Assembly: GCA_042218075.1 (NCBI GenBank)
Contig: JBDGRK010000026.1
Span: 1 to 18,617, forward strand
Source of the DNA: Candidatus Nanohaloarchaea archaeon
GTDB lineage: Archaea; Nanohalarchaeota; Nanosalinia; Nanosalinales; Nanosalinaceae
Direction of reading: 5' to 3'
Length of the DNA: 18,617 nt
In this document: one piece after another, positions 14,295 through 18,617 of the stretch
How positions within the stretch are numbered: position 1 is the stretch's first letter
How the letters are laid out: the number at the start of each line of letters is the position of its first letter
Program-made: the position numbers and the translations under genes
The notes under the pieces: model-generated
Told to the model about the DNA's origin: nothing
The model's input: only the letters and a program-made list of their open reading frames with translations
The model's database searches: none

Positions 14295-16199
14295 ATGGAG
14301 ATAACCAGTCTCGACCTCTCGATCCTGATGGAAGAGTTTGAGGAGCTTGAGGAAGGTCACGTGCAGAAGGTCTACCAGAGGGATGATGAGCTGACTGTAG
14401 AGGTTTACGTTGGAGGAGAGGGCAAAAAAAGGCTGCTTATCGGGACCAGCTATGCCTGCCTCACGAAGTACAAGAGAGACAACCCGACCAGGCCTCCGGG
14501 CTTCTGCATGGAGCTGAGGAAGCACCTGGGTAAGATTGACTCCGTGGAGCAGAGAGGATTCGACCGCATCCTCGAGCTGAAGAGCGGAGACGTTAAGCTT
14601 GTCTGCGAGATATTCGGCAAGGGCAACTTTATTCTCGTGAAAGATGGAAAGATTATCGGTGCGTTAAGGCAGGAGGAGTGGGCTGATAGAGATATACTGG
14701 TTGGAGAAGATTACGAGTACCCGGAACCCGCTCCCGATCCCAGAGAAATGGAGGAGTACATCCAAAACCTGGAAGAAGGAGAAGTGGTGAGAAGGATCGC
14801 CTCGGATCTCAGTCTTGGTGGTACCTACGCAGAGGAGATCTGCTCCAGAGCAGGAATTGAGAAGCAGAAAGAGGTCGGAGAGCTTTCAGAAAGCGATAGA
14901 GAGGAGCTCAACTTGGAGATACAGAATATAATCGAGGGGGAGAGGGAAGCGGTGCTCTACTATGATGAGGACGGCTTCCCGGACAGAGCCTCTCCTTTCA
15001 AACTTGAGACCTACTCGGGCCAGAATAGCGAAAGTTTCGAATCTTTCTCGGAGGCGCTGGACGAGTACTACTACACAAGGGAACAAAAAGAAGAGGAGAG
15101 GAAGAAGCTGGAAGCATACAGGGAGAAGAAGGAAGGTCTTGAGGCGCAGAAACAACAGCAGGAGAGGAAGATTAAAGGACTCAGGAAGTCAGCGGAGCAG
15201 AAGAGAAGTGACGCGGAGGCTATATATGAGAACTACCAGCTGCTGGATGAGGTGAAGTCAAAGGTTGAAGAGGCGATCAAGGAGCTAGGATGGGACGAGA
15301 CACGTGAAAAGCTTGAAGAAGCGGAAAATGAGCTTTCGGAGAGAGTGAACTCGATAAACGAGCAGGATGATTTCATTTCCGTTGATGTTGGGGATCGCAA
15401 CCTGAAGATCTATCTTTTCCAGGACCTAGAGGCCACAGCATCCGAATTCTACGACAAGGCGAAGGAGTCCGAGGCCAAAATTGATAGTGCAGAACAGGCG
15501 CTTGAGGAGACGGAGAAGCAGCTTGAGGAACTTGGCGAACAAGATGTAGAGGTCGAGGAAGTTATGGATGACAAGTCTAAGAAGAGGGAGAAGAAATGGT
15601 TCGAGAAGTACAGATGGTTTTTCTCCTCGGAAGGGTTTCTCGTGATCGCGGGCAGAGACGTCCAGACCAACGAAATGCTGGTGAAAAAGCACATGGAGAA
15701 GAATGATATCTATCTCCACGCTGACTTTGACGGCGCTCCCTCTGTCGTTGTCAAGGAAGGTCAGGACGCGGGAGAGGAAACTCTTAGAGAAGCTGCGAAA
15801 GCTGCTGTCACGTTTTCAAAGACATGGAAGGCTGGCATAGGTGCGGACGATGTCTACTGCGTGGATCCTGACCAGGTGACGATGGACCCGGAGTCGGGAG
15901 AGTACAGGGAGAAAGGTTCGTTCATCATAAGAGGTGATCGGGAATACATGAGAAATGTATCGGTTGGGGCAGCGATAGGACCATACGAGATAGAGGACGG
16001 AGTATACGTGCCGATGTGTTGTCCTCTGGACGCGATCGAGGGCAACTGCCCGGAAATGATAGAGCTTGAACCCGGCAACACCAAGAAGTCGGAGATAGCG
16101 AAGAAGATACGCTCAAGGTTTAAAGATTCGGGATACGACCTTGATCTAGACTACATCATAAGAGCGATGCCTCCAGGAGAATCCGAAATCAGGGAATAA
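14295..16199 (+). CDS. rqcH: Ribosome quality-control protein Rqc2/RqcH (NFACT family)
   Basis: ITSLDL, FCMELRKHL, QRGFDRIL, EIFGKGNFIL, LGGTYAEE, WFEKYRWFFSSEGFLVIAGRD, LHADFDGAP, GSFIIRG and terminal PPG. Confidence 0.95.
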   Translation: MEITSLDLSILMEEFEELEEGHVQKVYQRDDELTVEVYVGGEGKKRLLIGTSYACLTKYKRDNPTRPPGFCMELRKHLGKIDSVEQRGFDRILELKSGDVKLVCEIFGKGNFILVKDGKIIGALRQEEWADRDILVGEDYEYPEPAPDPREMEEYIQNLEEGEVVRRIASDLSLGGTYAEEICSRAGIEKQKEVGELSESDREELNLEIQNIIEGEREAVLYYDEDGFPDRASPFKLETYSGQNSESFESFSEALDEYYYTREQKEEERKKLEAYREKKEGLEAQKQQQERKIKGLRKSAEQKRSDAEAIYENYQLLDEVKSKVEEAIKELGWDETREKLEEAENELSERVNSINEQDDFISVDVGDRNLKIYLFQDLEATASEFYDKAKESEAKIDSAEQALEETEKQLEELGEQDVEVEEVMDDKSKKREKKWFEKYRWFFSSEGFLVIAGRDVQTNEMLVKKHMEKNDIYLHADFDGAPSVVVKEGQDAGEETLREAAKAAVTFSKTWKAGIGADDVYCVDPDQVTMDPESGEYREKGSFIIRGDREYMRNVSVGAAIGPYEIEDGVYVPMCCPLDAIEGNCPEMIELEPGNTKKSEIAKKIRSRFKDSGYDLDLDYIIRAMPPGESEIRE

Positions 16200-16223
16200 A
16201 GTCAGTTATTTTCATAAAGCTGA

Positions 16224-17142
16224 ATTAGAGAAAGTTATACTGGTGTTAAATTTATTGTAAAAAATAAGCGAACGTGGGCTCTTTTTATTGTTAGTCTGGG
16301 AGTTTTCTGACCGCTGTCAAACCTACTTCCTGTTTTCCAGCAGGATGGCAGCCTCCTAAGTCTAACACTTACCGTGACTAGCATATTATTTGGGCTTCTA
16401 TCAGGCTTCTTCATCTCGGAACTCTGGAAAAAATACAGCACAATAAGAAAACTCAACTCAAAATTCGTCTCAAATCTTGGCACTATAATTTCAAACTTTG
16501 AAAGATTGTCCGGAAACGAAGAGCTGAAGGAAGAATTTAAGCAGGAAGTATACAATTACCTGATCGTTTACACACTTTTACCATGGAACCGAATGGATAT
16601 AGGAGACAAGTACTTTGATAGAATAACATCAAAAATAGATGATGTTAAAGTAGAAGAAGACCAAGACATGCCGGTTTACAAAATTCTACTATCCAGTTCG
16701 AGCAACACATCAACGATCAGAAAAGAACTTTCAATAGTTGGGAAGGAAAGATTATTTTTTCCTTGAATGGATGGTATTGATATCACTTTCATGCATAATA
16801 ATTGTTACAGCAATGTTCTTGAGAGATGGAAGCCTCTTCTTCAACTTTATATCAACCGTTCTAGCATCAGTTGTTATCCTGACACTTGCAATACTTGATG
16901 ATCTAAATAATTTGAGATGGAACGCTAGAGAAGTATCTTTTTCGCCGATACAGCCTATATATGAATTAATTGATCGAAAAGAATTTTACGAAAAAAGGTA
17001 CGTTGAGGCTGGAATGGCTGTACCTAATTCTGACGATTACCTGACTGAGGAAGACCTTGAAGGCGAACAAAGGGAAATATATGAGAAGTTCAGGGATGAA
17101 GGATGGCTTGCCTCTTCTTCCCTGCTGGGATATGAAGTTTGA
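16224..17142 (+). pseudogene. Disrupted multi-pass membrane protein (DUF4239/bestrophin-like); 5' end uncertain
   Basis: In-frame TGA at 16308-16310 interrupts a hydrophobic helix (WALFIVSLGVF*PLSNLLP). One extra T in the T6 run (16755-16760) splits ...GKERLFF from LEWMVLISLS.... Lower GC than its neighbours. Family call from topology and ILFGLLSGFFISELW / ILDDLNN motifs. Confidence 0.65.
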
Positions 17143-17176
17143 AAATAATGTTCACCAGAATCTTCTATATCAGTTA

Positions 17177-17252
17177 GGCGGGGTAGTGTAGCGGACTATC
17201 ATCGTACCCCGGGGCGGTACGGACCCGAGTTCAAATCTCGGCCCTGCCACCA
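17177..17252 (+). tRNA. tRNA-Pro(GGG), CCA encoded
   Basis: GGCGGGG/CCCTGCC acceptor, GTACC-CCGGGGC-GGTAC anticodon arm, CCGAG-TTCAAAT-CTCGG T arm, terminal ACCA. Confidence 0.9.
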
Positions 17253-17319
17253 TCTTACTTTCTTAAATAAACGAAAGATTGAAATAATACAGAAGTAATA
17301 AAATGTATACAGTGGTTGA

Positions 17320-17823
17320 ATGGTCAGTGCTGTGTTTGATTCGACATCATTAATACTGACAGCAAAAATAGAACTACTGGCTCTACTGTCCAGGGAGATG
17401 AATATTATGATAACACCTACAGTTAAAGAAGAATCTACTGTAATGGACAGCCCTGACGCCAAGATGATCGATCAACAGATCCAGAAGGAAAGAATAAACA
17501 TAGCAGAGCCCGGAGATGGAGATATCAAAAACCTGGTAGAAAATTATAAACTTGACAGTGGCGAGGCATCATCTATAGCACTCTACCGCAGGAAAAAAGC
17601 AGAACTGCTCGCAACCGACGATGGAAAGGCCATAGAAGCATGCAGGATAATGGAAATAAGTTACACCACAAGCCTAAAACTTCTGCAGAGAGCAGAGGAA
17701 AAAAGTGTAATTAATGAAGAACAGGCGATAGCAAAACTTGAAGAACTAGATGACTATGGATGGTACAAAACCAGACACATAGAAAAAACACGGGAGAAAA
17801 TAGAGAGGGAAAAGAATGAATGA
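17320..17823 (+). CDS. PIN-domain protein (DUF3368-like, putative VapC-type toxin)
   Basis: VFDSTSLI, TVKEE, LDSGEASSIAL and LLATDDGKA form the acidic PIN quartet. Confidence 0.87.
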   Translation: MVSAVFDSTSLILTAKIELLALLSREMNIMITPTVKEESTVMDSPDAKMIDQQIQKERINIAEPGDGDIKNLVENYKLDSGEASSIALYRRKKAELLATDDGKAIEACRIMEISYTTSLKLLQRAEEKSVINEEQAIAKLEELDDYGWYKTRHIEKTREKIEREKNE

Positions 17824-18112
17824 GGTCGTGAGCTTCAGGCTTTCTGAAGAAGAGAAAGAGGTAATAGACAGTATAGCAGATGAAGAAGGTAGAGACAAAT
17901 CCGATGTTGCGAGAGAGCTGATAAAATACGGTGAGACCTACAGGTCGATAAGAAAGTACAGGAAGGGAGAAATTTCAGTAGGACAGATGGCTTCAGAGCT
18001 CGACATAAAGCTCCAGGAAGCTATGGACCTGCTCGCCGATCTGGGAGTCAATGCCGATATAAGCCTGGACGATCAGCTACAGGCCGAGCAAAACCTGAAA
18101 GAAAACTGGTGA
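17816..18112 (+). CDS. RHH + UPF0175-like putative antitoxin
   Basis: RHH pattern VVSFRLSEE...DKSDVARELI, then YRKGEISVGQMASELDI...LLADLGV. Overlaps the PIN gene by 8 nt. Confidence 0.85.
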   Translation: MNEVVSFRLSEEEKEVIDSIADEEGRDKSDVARELIKYGETYRSIRKYRKGEISVGQMASELDIKLQEAMDLLADLGVNADISLDDQLQAEQNLKENW

Positions 18113-18136
18113 ACGCCGGATCAGAGAGATAGATGA

Positions 18137-18490
18137 ACGAATCAAAAGACCGATAGTGTTGGAGAAGAAAGAGCAGCTCACGGCCGAGTAAAGAGTATAG
18201 AAAGAGACCGAGCAATCAAGTTCCTCGACGGCCTCGCCCGGCAAATAGCAGAGTCAGATATAGAAGATGATTATGAAACCGGCAACACTACATTTGAAGA
18301 GTTCACCGACAGTGACGGCCCTAATCTCACTCCTCATGTTCTCAGACACTCATTCCTCCAGCATGTAGACCAAGCAGAAGGATTTGAAGCCGCATTCAAA
18401 CTCGGCAGACACGAAGAAATCGAAACCACCAAACTTTACCTCAGAAGCAAACAACGCGAAAGAGGACAACTTTATAAGAAAATATTTTGA
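18137..18490 (+). pseudogene. Tyrosine recombinase/integrase C-terminal remnant (not in ORF track)
   Basis: Start-less open frame after a TGA at 18134, encoding LTPHVLRHSF (His at 18335), LGRHEEIETTKLY (Tyr at 18437) and a stop at 18490. N-terminal domain and first catalytic Arg are not recognisable. Confidence 0.85.
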
Positions 18491-18495
18491 CTTAT

Positions 18496-18617
18496 CTATT
18501 CGTCATAGACAAAATCCATGATTGAATCGTCCTGTAAAATCTTCTTGTAGAAGAATTCTCCCACTTCTGTTACCTCTGTTCCTTTACCTGGTGCGGATTC
18601 AATCCAGCCCAGTTCCT
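18496..18617 (-). CDS. 3' end of a probable winged-helix protein (truncated by window edge)
   Basis: ELGWIESAPGKGTEVTEVGEFFYKKILQDDSIMDFVYDE*; resembles a wHTH wing. Confidence 0.55.
   Translation of the reverse strand, partial: ELGWIESAPGKGTEVTEVGEFFYKKILQDDSIMDFVYDE

Noticed and set aside
14235-14525. N-terminal extension of the 216-aa minus-strand ORF
   Set aside because: Antisense to the rqcH start and crosses the AT-rich divergent promoter; the ATG at 14234 fits better.
16308-16310. TGA recoding (Trp/Sec or an alternative genetic code)
   Set aside because: TGA terminates clear genes here (rps3ae, smc), and the same gene also carries a frameshift, so decay is simpler.

Overview
Gene-dense archaeal chromosome fragment. 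The proteins are strongly acidic, the spacers are short and several genes have TATA boxes about 25 nt upstream of the ATG. My best inference for the source is a DPANN halophile (Nanohaloarchaeota-like). Housekeeping content: 3' end of a DHH/RecJ-like gene, rps3ae, DoxX, a dUTPase/dCTP deaminase, a non-discriminating AspRS, an smc-scpA-scpB cluster and Rqc2/RqcH. The window ends in a decayed island (PIN toxin-antitoxin pair, integrase remnant) next to tRNA-Pro. Main unusual items: (1) an SMC with a 542-aa homing-endonuclease intein in Walker A and a mature length of only 844 aa, so roughly half-length arms; (2) a tRNA-Leu(CAA) split by two insertions built from short hairpins; (3) a box C/D guide sRNA; (4) an AT-rich, 21-bp-phased repeat/palindrome region upstream of smc; (5) a tRNA-Pro(GGG) with C33; (6) a mosaic surface protein with CWB2-like and Cys-less cupredoxin domains. 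All family calls come from motif recognition by eye; no searches were run.
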